The notes beneath the pieces were generated by a model. That model was not told the origin of the DNA, ran no database searches, and was given only the letters and a program-made list of their open reading frames with translations. The translations under genes and the position numbers were made by a program. This document shows positions 47,258 through 57,438 of a DNA stretch of 64,000 bases, piece by piece. The stretch's first letter is position 1. Every line of letters starts with the position of its first letter. The stretch spans positions 216,821 to 280,820 of the forward strand of contig JAAOZP010000012.1 in assembly GCA_011605725.1 (NCBI GenBank), written 5' to 3'. This stretch comes from Nitrososphaerota archaeon. Its GTDB lineage: Archaea > Thermoproteota > EX4484-205 > JAAOZP01.

Positions 47258-48619
47258 TCACAGGTAGGCCCCCTGCTTGATCAAGGCTTCTCTAAGCTCT
47301 TTTCCGTCAAGCTGCCTCGGACTTATCGCCTTCTTAATGCAGAGAGCAGCAGCCACTCCTGCTGCCTGCCCTATTGCCCTCATGTTCGGCTGAATCCTTA
47401 CTGCACCGTGTGCTTCGAAAGACGCTGAGAGCGCCCTGCATGCAACGATCAGGTTCTCAACCCTCACAGGAATAAGCGACCTATACGGTATCTCATGGTA
47501 TTCCCCGGGGCCCAGTTTTCTCTCTCCCGGCAGGCGGCCGGTCGGCAAGTGTATGTCGATCGGATACCTGTTTCTCGAAACAGCATCCTCAAACTTCTTA
47601 GCGTTGAAATAGTCCTGCGCGGAAAGAACATACTCGCCAATTATTCTTCGAGACTCCCTTACGCCAACCATAGGAGCAGTCATGACTATGTAGGATTTTT
47701 CAAAACCAGGTATCTTCCTCCTTAGGAACTTGAAAAGCCGGCTTATCCTCCTCCTACCCTGTATCACCGCCTCCGTGAGATGGTCAGCGTTAAATCCCTT
47801 GAGGTTGCCCATTATTCTTGGACAGTTGAACACGATGACTCCCGGCATTCCCGGAACACTGAACGCCTGGAAATAAGCTATGTCTGAAGCCTCCAGAATT
47901 CCTTCTTCAACACCTTCTTTAAAATACTTTTCAAGCGGCCATCCTTCACCCGGGACCATCGCGAACTCTATTAGCGGCGGATCCACATAGCTCCTGCTGT
48001 CATTTTCAATGAGGAAAAAAGCAAGTTTCTCTATGTCGACGTTTCCCACCATGAATCTTAGCGACATCGGTTGGCTAACCCCGTCCTCCTTCCTCCCGGA
48101 TTCAAATGGAACTCCTGCTAGCGCAGCCACATCCCCGTCTCCAGTAGAGTCTATGACGATTTTCGAGAAAACAGCTTGTCTACCGGACTTGTTAACCACC
48201 ACTATTCCCTTGAGTTCATCACCCTCCATTATAACGTCCTCCACAAGCGTGAAGTAGAGGATTTTACCGCCAGCTTCCAGGACCATTTCCTCCAATACGA
48301 ACTTTAAGGCCTCAGGGTTAAACCAACCCTCATTACCGTTTCTATCTATGGCTGCGCAACCCATTTCTAGAAGACGCTGCTGTATCTCCCGGCTTATCCC
48401 CCTGACAAGCGGCTTCCCACATACGTGGTTAGGCATCATCGGCACCACCAGTGCCGCCGACCCGCTTCCACCTAGGAAGCCGAATTGCTCGACCAAAAGG
48501 GTTTTCACACCGTTTCTCGCAGCAGCTATTGCAGCCACAGCTCCAGCAGTACCTCCACCTGCAACAACCACGTCGAAACACCCGTATGGGTTAAGACGTC
48601 TAGCCTCCTCCAGATTCAT
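47258..48619 (-). CDS. FAD-dependent oxidoreductase (FAD_oxidored family)
   Basis: GGGTAG..AA..AAR.G, IDSTGDGD, GVRESRRI.G.Y, IDIH, IPYRSL and GQAAG motifs. Confidence 0.92.
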   Translation of the reverse strand: MNLEEARRLNPYGCFDVVVAGGGTAGAVAAIAAARNGVKTLLVEQFGFLGGSGSAALVVPMMPNHVCGKPLVRGISREIQQRLLEMGCAAIDRNGNEGWFNPEALKFVLEEMVLEAGGKILYFTLVEDVIMEGDELKGIVVVNKSGRQAVFSKIVIDSTGDGDVAALAGVPFESGRKEDGVSQPMSLRFMVGNVDIEKLAFFLIENDSRSYVDPPLIEFAMVPGEGWPLEKYFKEGVEEGILEASDIAYFQAFSVPGMPGVIVFNCPRIMGNLKGFNADHLTEAVIQGRRRISRLFKFLRRKIPGFEKSYIVMTAPMVGVRESRRIIGEYVLSAQDYFNAKKFEDAVSRNRYPIDIHLPTGRLPGERKLGPGEYHEIPYRSLIPVRVENLIVACRALSASFEAHGAVRIQPNMRAIGQAAGVAAALCIKKAISPRQLDGKELREALIKQGAYL

Positions 48620-48699
48620 CCCTACTATTTAAGTTAAAAGAATATTTTAACCTAACTTGAAAGTGGTGGGCGACAGACATGCGCGAGGCCGATAAGTAT

Positions 48700-49779
48700 T
48701 TAGAATCTTGAAAACACTTCCTTCACCGCGTCTCTCAGCTCGGGATGCTGCAACGGGTATAGGAAGAGGCAAACTCCGTTCGAGCCTTTTTCCAAAGCTA
48801 TGTTTACAGCCTCATCCACATCCCTCCTGCTTCTTAAGAACTCGAACTGTATTCCAGCGACTATCGTTTTACCGCATGAAACACCCTCCATAACTGCCTC
48901 CCCAATCCATCTTATGTTTTTCCTATAGTATTCATGATATATCATCGGTTCGAAACTGTCAAGCGGCCATTCACACCATTTCTGGAACACAATCCTGTAC
49001 GCGTATCCTGGCGTAGCGAAAACAGCGGCTGAAGTCTCAATAGTATTATCATATTTTTTCACAGTCCTATGGAAGTTTGCAACTAGTTCAGTAATCCTCT
49101 CAGCTCTCCACGCATGCCACTCATACCATTTTCTCGACCCGAACCTGATTTCTAAAGGATCTACGCCGAAATCCTTCTTAAACCCGTTTCTACATTTTTC
49201 ACAGTAGCAGAAGTCAAACTTCCCCCTGTAAACATCCATCTCTCTTTCTAACCCGTATCTTTCTCTTAATCCTTCAGGAAGGAAAAGATCTGGAAGCCTA
49301 ATATAGTCTAGATGAATACCATCCAAGTCATAAGTCTCCATAAGCTCCTGAATCGTCCCGATGAAGTAACTCTTAACCTCATCGTTCGACGGACAGAGCC
49401 ATTTATAGTCCTCCACGTAAGGCGGGTTATCAACACAACTTTTACCCTCTCTGCTGACTACAAACCAGTCTTTCCTTTTGGTAGTAAGATCTTTATTCGG
49501 CTTGTTTAAAGCAACCACCCAAGCGTGAACCTTCAACCCGCTTCTCTTCGCCTCCTTAATAAGGTCTCCTATCAAGCTTTTTTCAGCAACCCCCTTTGCA
49601 ACAACTGAAAACTTAGCTGGGTAAAGGGCTCCCTCGCCATCTATGCTCAGCAGAAAAATTTCGTCAGCACCCATTTCCACTATTTCTCTAATATGCTTTT
49701 CAGGGTTCTGTGCAATAGGTCTCGGATTTACCCAGAACGCTTTTTTATAGCCGCTCGTCATAATGCCTACCATAGGCAA
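48700..49779 (-). CDS. Glycosyl hydrolase-like family 10 (GHL10) protein
   Basis: KVHAW, WLCPS, DGIHLDYIR, FCYC..C and PMIY motifs. Confidence 0.85.
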   Translation of the reverse strand: MPMVGIMTSGYKKAFWVNPRPIAQNPEKHIREIVEMGADEIFLLSIDGEGALYPAKFSVVAKGVAEKSLIGDLIKEAKRSGLKVHAWVVALNKPNKDLTTKRKDWFVVSREGKSCVDNPPYVEDYKWLCPSNDEVKSYFIGTIQELMETYDLDGIHLDYIRLPDLFLPEGLRERYGLEREMDVYRGKFDFCYCEKCRNGFKKDFGVDPLEIRFGSRKWYEWHAWRAERITELVANFHRTVKKYDNTIETSAAVFATPGYAYRIVFQKWCEWPLDSFEPMIYHEYYRKNIRWIGEAVMEGVSCGKTIVAGIQFEFLRSRRDVDEAVNIALEKGSNGVCLFLYPLQHPELRDAVKEVFSRF

Positions 49780-49924
49780 TGTTTTTATAAACCTTTATCA
49801 TTGGTTGAAAAAGATGCTTGAAACACTATGTTAAACAGATTACTAATGTATTTCTCAGAAAAACCGCGTTTTTTCTCAACAACCCATTTTTAAATACTGG
49901 TTTTTATTCACTAAGCAAGCAGGA

Positions 49925-50644
49925 TTGGAAAATAAGAAAATATCCGTAGTGGTGCCAACGTTTAACGAGGAGAAGTATGTGGAAAAACTACTCACAACTC
50001 TAAGCCGGCAAACCATACCCAGGTCGGATTACGAGATAATCATTGTAGACGGTGGGAGCAGAGACAGAACTCTGGATATATGTAGAAAGTATGCTGATAA
50101 AATAGTGATGCAGAAGACTCCCACGGTTGGAGGAGCGAGGAACGATGGAGTGAAACATGCTGAGGCAGAACTGGTTTTCACAACCGACGCTGACTGCATG
50201 GTCACGTCGAACTTGCTTGAGAGAATAATCCATGACTTTAACACCCATCCAGATGTTGTAATGGTGTATGGCGTAGTGACCCCGATAGAAAGGGGTTTTA
50301 AAAATACTTTCCTAATAGAGTTGAACAATGTTTTTGTGAAAATCCTTTACAGGTTGAAGATTTACCTGAGTGTTGGTGCCAACGCTGCTTTTAGAAAAAG
50401 GCATTTCATAACTATGAGGGGGTTCCCGGCGGTTGGTGCAGGAGACGACTATGGACTTCAATTTCGAATGAGGAAAATCGGGAGAATAATGTTCGATGGG
50501 GAACTTAGAGTATACTTCTCCATGAGAAGATATGAGAAGTATGGTTTTGGCAGAAGCTTCTATGAATGGCTTTACAACGTTTTCAGCGAAATTCTCAAAA
50601 GAAGAGTTCCGCCTGAAAAAAGATACTATAGAAAGTTGTATTAA
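49925..50644 (+). CDS. GT2-family glycosyltransferase
   Basis: VVVPTFNEE, VDGGSRD, ARNDG, DAD and S.RRY motifs. Confidence 0.93.
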   Translation: MENKKISVVVPTFNEEKYVEKLLTTLSRQTIPRSDYEIIIVDGGSRDRTLDICRKYADKIVMQKTPTVGGARNDGVKHAEAELVFTTDADCMVTSNLLERIIHDFNTHPDVVMVYGVVTPIERGFKNTFLIELNNVFVKILYRLKIYLSVGANAAFRKRHFITMRGFPAVGAGDDYGLQFRMRKIGRIMFDGELRVYFSMRRYEKYGFGRSFYEWLYNVFSEILKRRVPPEKRYYRKLY

Positions 50645-50793
50645 TTTCATAAATCTTATCCTAAGGAAATGAAAGGGAGATTAGGAAAACGTCATTTAAG
50701 AATTGAAAACAGCCAGGAGCGATAGCATTAATGTTTGAAAAAGCCGTTGACTTAAAACATGCATTGCTTTTTTAGAAAGCTTTTTAACCACTC

Positions 50794-51168
50794 ATGTTGA
50801 ATATTCCCGCTATGCTGCCGACAGACGTTCCAGTAGTCCTCTTCAGCACAACACAATCAATAACGTTATTCTGGGCAATGGATAAGGCTACCAGAATAGT
50901 TCTAAAAATAGTTAAAAACAAGAATTACGAGTTTTCAATAATGGGGCTTAGAATACATCATTGGGTGATCGGGGCAATAGTTACTGTACTCGGCATATTA
51001 ATCTTCTCAGCCCAGAACCTGGTGATGCTCATATATGAAACTGGTTTAGCCAGTATCCCTTGGAAGCTTGGTTCAAGCACCGTAACGGTTGGATTCCGGA
51101 TTTTCCTCGATGATTTAAAGGATTTGAAAAGGCAGCTTAAGAGCTTTATCGGGACGATAAAGAGATAA
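50794..51168 (+). CDS. Hypothetical membrane protein (RIHHW motif)
   Basis: Hydrophobic segments with GLRIHHW..G and a C-terminal DD.KD. Confidence 0.65.
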   Translation: MLNIPAMLPTDVPVVLFSTTQSITLFWAMDKATRIVLKIVKNKNYEFSIMGLRIHHWVIGAIVTVLGILIFSAQNLVMLIYETGLASIPWKLGSSTVTVGFRIFLDDLKDLKRQLKSFIGTIKR

Positions 51169-51196
51169 ATCGGACCATGCTCCGAGTATTTTAGGG

Positions 51197-52162
51197 TTGA
51201 GCATAGTGCTCGGAGTGGACCTTGGAGCATCCAAGGTCAGGGTTGCCCTATCCGACCTGAACGGGAAGATCCTCCTGAAAAAATCCGAGAGGACGACTGG
51301 CACAACAGGAATAGATATTGTGAACCAGATTGTTGAAATGAGTAGAAATACCCTCAGCTCTCTGGGGCTTACGGATGAAAGCTTGAAAGCAGTCGGAGTC
51401 GGGTCAATAGGTCCGCTTGACTTAAAAAAAGGGTTAATCGTTAATCCTCCCAATCTGAGAGTAGGCGTAATTCCTATCGTGGAAGGTATTGAAAAACATT
51501 TTAACGTGCCCGTTAGACTTCTGAACGATTGCGTCGCAGCTGTGCTAGGAGAGAAAAGATTTGGAGCCGGTAGGAACCTCGAAAACATCGTTTACGTGAC
51601 GATAAGCACAGGCATAGGTGGCGGAGCAATAGTTGACGGACATCTCCTGCTCGGGAAAGATGGGAACGCGCATGAGGTTGGCCACATAGTGGTAGATAAG
51701 GATGGACTTATTGAATGCGGGTGTGGAAAACGTGGACATTGGGAAGCATATTGCAGTGGTAGTGGAATGGTGAAATATGCTGGGCTTCTCTTAAAAGAAT
51801 GGGGTGTGGATCCAAATAAGAGTTCCCTTAAAAAATATTTTCAAGAAGATTTTTCAAAGGCCACTTCAAAAATTCTTTTTGATGCCGCCAAAGAAGGCGA
51901 TGCATTGGCGCTAAGGATCATTGAGAAAACCGGGTTACTTAATGCAATCGGCTTCGCTAACATAATAAACGCGTATGATCCTGAACTGATAACAGTCGGC
52001 GGCTCAGTTGCTCTTTTCAACAGCGAACTCATACTTGATCCGGTGAAGAAAAATGTTTCAAAGTATGCCATGAACAGATTACCGGAGATAACGATAACCC
52101 CGCTTGGAGAAGACGTGGTTCTTTACGGCGCCTTGGCTGCTGCATTAGAACAAGTCGTTTAG
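51197..52162 (+). CDS. ROK-family sugar kinase
   Basis: GVDLGAS, NDC.AA, STGIGGG, EVGH, CGCG..GH.E and GGSV motifs. Confidence 0.94.
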   Translation: MSIVLGVDLGASKVRVALSDLNGKILLKKSERTTGTTGIDIVNQIVEMSRNTLSSLGLTDESLKAVGVGSIGPLDLKKGLIVNPPNLRVGVIPIVEGIEKHFNVPVRLLNDCVAAVLGEKRFGAGRNLENIVYVTISTGIGGGAIVDGHLLLGKDGNAHEVGHIVVDKDGLIECGCGKRGHWEAYCSGSGMVKYAGLLLKEWGVDPNKSSLKKYFQEDFSKATSKILFDAAKEGDALALRIIEKTGLLNAIGFANIINAYDPELITVGGSVALFNSELILDPVKKNVSKYAMNRLPEITITPLGEDVVLYGALAAALEQVV

Positions 52163-53673
52163 CCAAGCTTTTTCGCTAAAAACTGTCTTAAAATAGTTTT
52201 AAACATTTCACGAGACTTCTGATCTATTAGAAACAGGGTGCCGAAATAAACAATCATGCCCACTACGATGACTGGCATCAAGGATGTTAATACAATAATT
52301 ATCTGCTGGCTCTTAGCTGATTCAGGATAAAGCAATAGGAGTATGCTTGACATAACTATTCCAGAGACAAACAGTTTAAATACTCTTCTTAAATCCAGAC
52401 TGAAGTCGACAAGTCGTCTGGAGAGCCGCAAATAGTAAAACATTATAAAAATGTTAACAACAAGGTAGCATAAAGCTGCAGATATAGAGAATAATACCAG
52501 TGGACTCCTTAAATCATTCAATATCTTGGTTACAATCGCGATTGCTGTTACGTAAACAATTGAACCAAAAAAGTCAACAAGAGGGATTCTTATGAGGTAT
52601 GAGTGAAACAGTTTTTCCCACGATGCATCCTCATTAACATCAACCTTTTCAACGCCCAGTATGACTGTTGAGAAAAAACTTTTCATCACACCGATTGCAT
52701 AGCATAAAGCCATTACTCTAAGAACATTATGTACAGGCGCATAGCCCTCTCTTAAAAGATATAACATGGGCTCTGCAAGAACCAACTGTCCAAGGGTCAT
52801 AGGTATTAGGAAGAGCAATACGAGCTCCAGCGACTCCTCAACGTCACTACCAGTCCCGCCGGCCAGCAGTTTCGGGTATAGTCCTGTCGCCAGAGAACCT
52901 GCGAAAAGTATCACCCCAGCAAAAATGTTTGCAGCCCTGATGTATGCTACTGGAAGCAGGGATCCTGTCAAAAATGTTAAGACGAGAGCATCCTGAGAAT
53001 ACACTATTCCGGGAGCGACCGCCGTAAGAGGTATCCAGCCCATTTTAAACCATCGACCCACCTCATTTAGTAGGAGCGAACCCTTAAGATGTTTTGACAA
53101 CCTTAACGAGTAATACAGTGCTTGAATGATTAGAGCCAAGTCTATTGAAAGAACAGCCCCGAAAAGAGATAGCCTGAAGTAGCCCACTAGCGTTACACCA
53201 ATAATCACCTTGGAAATTTCGAAGAGAATGACCCCGTATCCTACTATATGGGGTTCAACCCCGTAGCACACAGACTCCAAGCTTGACGTGTGATACATCG
53301 CTATGATCCACACTATGAATGCGAGTATTGTCGACGGGTCGACATTTACGCTTGATGCGAAAACCGGAGACAAGAGGGTGAAGAATATTGCTGAAACCAG
53401 TGAAACCATGCTGTTGAACAAGACTCCTGATTTCGCAACAGGTTTTCCCCTTCCTGTAAGCCTTGTAAGCCAGTAGTTCGCAATACTTGAAGGTAGTGTG
53501 AAATAGCTCAACAGGCTTGCGTAGAACTGCCAAGTTCCAAACAGCTCTTCAGTAAGCCTCCTAGTTACAAGCATTGTAAACAATAAGCCTGTGAAGACTG
53601 AAATCATCCTCGATGCGAAATTGACCAATCCAGAGTATTTCAGCCTAATGCTGCTCACATCGGTTTCAAACAA
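52159..53673 (-). CDS. MOP-superfamily oligosaccharide flippase-like membrane protein
   Basis: About 12-14 hydrophobic segments; TRRL..E.FG.W N-terminal pattern. Confidence 0.75.
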   Translation of the reverse strand: MFETDVSSIRLKYSGLVNFASRMISVFTGLLFTMLVTRRLTEELFGTWQFYASLLSYFTLPSSIANYWLTRLTGRGKPVAKSGVLFNSMVSLVSAIFFTLLSPVFASSVNVDPSTILAFIVWIIAMYHTSSLESVCYGVEPHIVGYGVILFEISKVIIGVTLVGYFRLSLFGAVLSIDLALIIQALYYSLRLSKHLKGSLLLNEVGRWFKMGWIPLTAVAPGIVYSQDALVLTFLTGSLLPVAYIRAANIFAGVILFAGSLATGLYPKLLAGGTGSDVEESLELVLLFLIPMTLGQLVLAEPMLYLLREGYAPVHNVLRVMALCYAIGVMKSFFSTVILGVEKVDVNEDASWEKLFHSYLIRIPLVDFFGSIVYVTAIAIVTKILNDLRSPLVLFSISAALCYLVVNIFIMFYYLRLSRRLVDFSLDLRRVFKLFVSGIVMSSILLLLYPESAKSQQIIIVLTSLMPVIVVGMIVYFGTLFLIDQKSREMFKTILRQFLAKKLG

Positions 53674-53889
53674 CCTATACGTATTTAAAAACTATTCTGA
53701 ACCCTCTCAACTATTGTCTGGATGCTTGCATTCCTATGGGCTTATCCCTCGGATTAAGTGATCTGCACCAGCATCGGCCGTTATGTTTTTCACACTAATC
53801 CCTGTTTTCTACTCTGGTTTCACAGAGTAAACCCTTGTTAAAAAGCAAACCTTCCATGTGTTTGTTTTCTAAAACTCCCCGACAGATGT

Positions 53890-54705
53890 TCAATAGCAGA
53901 AAACCAGTTCTAAACCGATTTTTTTAGAGGCTTCAAAGACTTTCTTCTTAACTTCATCATAATAAGAGGATTCTGAAAAAAATATTCTCCTCCATTCATC
54001 ATACAGCTCCGGGTATTTTTTCGAAACAACTTTTGAAACCATACTCCAAACCATCGGCCTTAGGTTGAGCTTGTCAACATAAACATAGTCTGCTCCCGCC
54101 TTCCTAAACCTTGTTAAAGAAACTTCTAGATCGGCTTCTGAAAGAAAGGGAAGTATGGGTCCGAAGAAAACATATGTTCTTAAACCGCTGTCTTTAGCAA
54201 GCCTGACTGCTTCAAGCCTCTCCTCGGAACTTGGCGAAGCGGGTTCGAAAACCCTTCGAACCTCTTCATTCAAAGTAACTACTGTAACCCCAACCTCGTT
54301 AAGCCTGTTCCTCTTCAAAACATCCAGGTCTCTCGCAACAAGGTTCGACTTTGTTTGAACGATCACTGGAAAACCTTTTTCAACAAGCACTTCAAGAATT
54401 CTCCTCGTTAACTCGTATTTCTTTTCAACAGGCTGATAAGGGTCGGTGAGGGAGCTTAAGTATACCTTTCCAACTCTCTTATTCTCAACCTCCCTTAAAA
54501 GAACATTTATAGCATTAGTTTTAACGTCGAGAAACTCACCCCACTCCTCTCTCCTTCTTCTGAACCTGAAAGTTATTCCTGCAGCATAGCAGTACCTACA
54601 CCCATGCTGGCATCCTACATAGGGGTTTACGCAGTAGTCTGCAATCGCACTCTTATTCAGAAGCGTCTTGCACTCTATTTCCCTAATCTTCACGGGACTA
54701 TTCAA
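53890..54705 (-). CDS. Radical SAM protein, spore photoproduct lyase-like
   Basis: NPYVGCQHGCRYCYA, TDPYQP, TKS..RD and EP motifs. Confidence 0.92.
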   Translation of the reverse strand: MNSPVKIREIECKTLLNKSAIADYCVNPYVGCQHGCRYCYAAGITFRFRRRREEWGEFLDVKTNAINVLLREVENKRVGKVYLSSLTDPYQPVEKKYELTRRILEVLVEKGFPVIVQTKSNLVARDLDVLKRNRLNEVGVTVVTLNEEVRRVFEPASPSSEERLEAVRLAKDSGLRTYVFFGPILPFLSEADLEVSLTRFRKAGADYVYVDKLNLRPMVWSMVSKVVSKKYPELYDEWRRIFFSESSYYDEVKKKVFEASKKIGLELVFCY

Positions 54706-54751
54706 AGCCTTTTTCTAAATCTTAAGCTTTTTATGGAAAAAGCCGACCGAC

Positions 54752-55822
54752 TCATTCGGGAATCGGGTTTTTACCGAGGAAATCTGGGTCGAGGACCCTG
54801 CCTGCAAGAAGGTTTAAACCCAGAATCCTTGTCAACGCGAATGAAACCGGCATTCTCCTCATTAGGTTAAAAAGAATCCTCATACGGAGCCCTTTTTCCA
54901 ACGCTCCTCCGATGGTTCTCCTCCAGACAGAATCATATGTTTCAGCCAAGAAGCCCCCGTCGAAAAGGTTTCTTTCAAGAGCAGTTATGCAAGAATCGCC
55001 AGCTATTCTGCTGCAGATCCTACTGTAGACAAGACCGCCTAACGAGAAGGGTTTAACTTGGCATGCGGCATCCCCGACCAGTATAACCCTGCTGGCTGAA
55101 GTCTTACTCATCAAGCCAAATCTTATCGAGTCCCCTACAACCCTAGCTTCCACACGCCTCATGCCAAGCCTCTTCAAAAGTAACCTGAATCTCGGCCAAG
55201 GATTATCACTCGTTAAAAGCCCAACTCTAGCCCTGCTCCTGCTTAATGGTATGATCCAGGCGAAAACTTCATTGGAAAACTCTGGTTCAAACCTCAGCTC
55301 AACAACATGCTGTTCGAAAACACCCTTAGCAACGCATTGAAGCGCGAAGAGAAGGTTACCAGGCTGTTTCAAACCAGTTAGTCTTGCGACAATAGAGTTA
55401 GGCCCGTCGGCCCCGACTAGGATTCTTCCAGAGTAATGATTCCCCATACTTGTGACCACGCATCCTTCCTTTAGCCCTATGACCCTCTCGCCGAGCCTAA
55501 TCTCAGCACCTTCCGCCAGAGCGTTTTCAGCAAGATGCTTATCGTAGCCAGCCCTGTCTATCACAAGCATGTCCTTCTTAGAGTAGACTTCAAAACTCTT
55601 ATTTCCAAGGCAGAACCTAGCAGTATCAACCCTGTTTAAAACAAGTTTTTGAGGAAGCTTGCCTATCCTCCAACTGACTAGCCCCGCGCACTGTTCAGGC
55701 CTGCCTATCTCCCTATGCTCCTCAAGAATTATGGTTTTAAACCCCCTCTTAGAAATGAAGGATCCTGTTGAAAGACCTGAGGGCCCGCCCCCAACTATAA
55801 GAGCATCGCAACCAATCCTCAT
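54752..55822 (-). CDS. Geranylgeranyl reductase-family FAD oxidoreductase
   Basis: GGGPSG, IG.P.QCAGLVS, GADG, FAWIIP and GDAA.QVKP..GG motifs. Confidence 0.88.
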   Translation of the reverse strand: MRIGCDALIVGGGPSGLSTGSFISKRGFKTIILEEHREIGRPEQCAGLVSWRIGKLPQKLVLNRVDTARFCLGNKSFEVYSKKDMLVIDRAGYDKHLAENALAEGAEIRLGERVIGLKEGCVVTSMGNHYSGRILVGADGPNSIVARLTGLKQPGNLLFALQCVAKGVFEQHVVELRFEPEFSNEVFAWIIPLSRSRARVGLLTSDNPWPRFRLLLKRLGMRRVEARVVGDSIRFGLMSKTSASRVILVGDAACQVKPFSLGGLVYSRICSRIAGDSCITALERNLFDGGFLAETYDSVWRRTIGGALEKGLRMRILFNLMRRMPVSFALTRILGLNLLAGRVLDPDFLGKNPIPE

Positions 55823-55831
55823 TAACTCTCC

Positions 55832-56041
55832 TCATTCCTCTGTAACTAGCCCTTTATCCTTAAGTCTTTTCAAAACTACGTCTAGCTCCCACAAGTGGCA
55901 AGGGATGGACCTCCATATTTTAGACGTGGACACACGTTTCTCACTCTTCAGCATCTCATAGACTTTTCTCTCAAGCTCTTCAAGATCAGTTTTTTCAAGC
56001 AAGTATTCATGGGGACCAAGGACAACCCATTCTTCAACCAT
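55832..56041 (-). CDS. Small hypothetical protein, probable winged HTH
   Basis: Co-oriented with the GGR-like gene; S.IW...CHLWE...LKRL..KGLV pattern. Confidence 0.65.
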   Translation of the reverse strand: MVEEWVVLGPHEYLLEKTDLEELERKVYEMLKSEKRVSTSKIWRSIPCHLWELDVVLKRLKDKGLVTEE

Positions 56042-56140
56042 CCTGGGATTTCAGGTGAGAGGGCGATATATTGGCTTTATGCTCAAGCAATCATAGCGCG
56101 TAGAATAGCTTAAATATAGGAGGGCTGTCAACGAGCTACA

Positions 56141-57331
56141 GTGATGACGGGAAAAGTTGTTTCAACATACTCAGGCGGCTTGGATTCCACACTGATAACT
56201 ATATTGTTGAAAGAGAAGTATGGCTATGACGAAGTAATTCCTGTTCTTGTCGACGTGGGTCAGGGAGAAGGGGAGATCAGAATCGCGTATGAAAGAGCTG
56301 AGAAGCTGGGTTTAAAGATACGTTTTATAGATGCTAAGCATGAGTTCGCCACTGAATACATATTCAGATGCATTAAGGCTAACGGGAGCTACGGGGGCTA
56401 CCCGGTTGGAACCTCTATGACCAGAGTCCTGATCGCTTCTAAGGCTGCTGAAATAGCTAAGAAAGAGGGTGCTGAGGCTGTTGCACACGGTTGCACAGGT
56501 AAGGGTAACGACCAGTTCAGAATGGAGGTTGCAGTTAAATACGTAGATCCAAACCTTAAGGTGATAGCGCCGGTTAGAGAGCTAAATCTCTCAAGATTCG
56601 AAGAGGAGGAGCTTCTTAGAAAACATGGTATTGAGCCTAAGAAGCCTAAGGGAAAGCTAGGTGGAGACGTGAACATGTGGTCGCACTCTATCGGAAGCGG
56701 ACAGGTTGAAGATCTTTACACGCAGTATCCTGAAGACTATATTTGGGCTGTTCATCCGGAGAAGGCTCCGGACAATCCGCAGAAAATTCAAATAACTTAT
56801 GAGAAGGGTGTGCCAGTCGAGGTAGACGGGATAAGAGACCCGGTTGAAATAATATTCTACCTTAACAGGATTGGTGGGCAACATGGTGTGGGGAGAATAG
56901 ATATAATCGAGGACGGGATACTGGGTCTAAAATCAAGAGAGCTTTACGAGGCTCCGGCTGCAACAATACTCTTAAGCACTCATGCAAACCTTGAACAGTT
57001 AACCCTTACGAAGGAGCAGTTGAGAGTGAAAAGGGAGATAGACAAGATTTGGGCTGAAATAGTTTACCATGGAATGTGGTTCCACCCGTTGAGGAGGGAT
57101 CTTGATGCTTTCATAGATTCTACGCAGAAATATGTTTCAGGTAGGCTTGACGTGAAGCTTTACAAGGGGAACGTGGAGGTTGTTGGAAGGGAATCTAAAT
57201 ACAGCCTTTTCTCGCCTGAACTAAGGTCTGTTAAAAAGGCTGGTTTTGATCAGAGGGATGCTACTGGGGCTGTTAAGCTCTATGCTTTACCCTACCAACT
57301 TTACAGCAAGAGGGAATATGAAGAAGAATAG
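56141..57331 (+). CDS. argG: Argininosuccinate synthase
   Basis: YSGGLDS, HGCTGKGNDQFR, N.W..S, KSRELYEAP and LYKG motifs. Confidence 0.97.
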   Translation: MMTGKVVSTYSGGLDSTLITILLKEKYGYDEVIPVLVDVGQGEGEIRIAYERAEKLGLKIRFIDAKHEFATEYIFRCIKANGSYGGYPVGTSMTRVLIASKAAEIAKKEGAEAVAHGCTGKGNDQFRMEVAVKYVDPNLKVIAPVRELNLSRFEEEELLRKHGIEPKKPKGKLGGDVNMWSHSIGSGQVEDLYTQYPEDYIWAVHPEKAPDNPQKIQITYEKGVPVEVDGIRDPVEIIFYLNRIGGQHGVGRIDIIEDGILGLKSRELYEAPAATILLSTHANLEQLTLTKEQLRVKREIDKIWAEIVYHGMWFHPLRRDLDAFIDSTQKYVSGRLDVKLYKGNVEVVGRESKYSLFSPELRSVKKAGFDQRDATGAVKLYALPYQLYSKREYEEE

Positions 57332-57339
57332 CGCGCGCT
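57330..57339. repeat. Perfect palindrome AGCGCGCGCT overlapping the argG TAG stop
   Basis: Seen directly: ...GAA TAG CGCGCGCT. Confidence 0.92.
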
Positions 57340-57438
57340 GAATTAACCTTTTTAAGAATCGGGTGCTAGTTTACTGCTAAATAGGGCTGTCTACCTGGGG
57401 AAACTGTTTTTAGGAAGCCTTGAATAATCTAATCCGCT

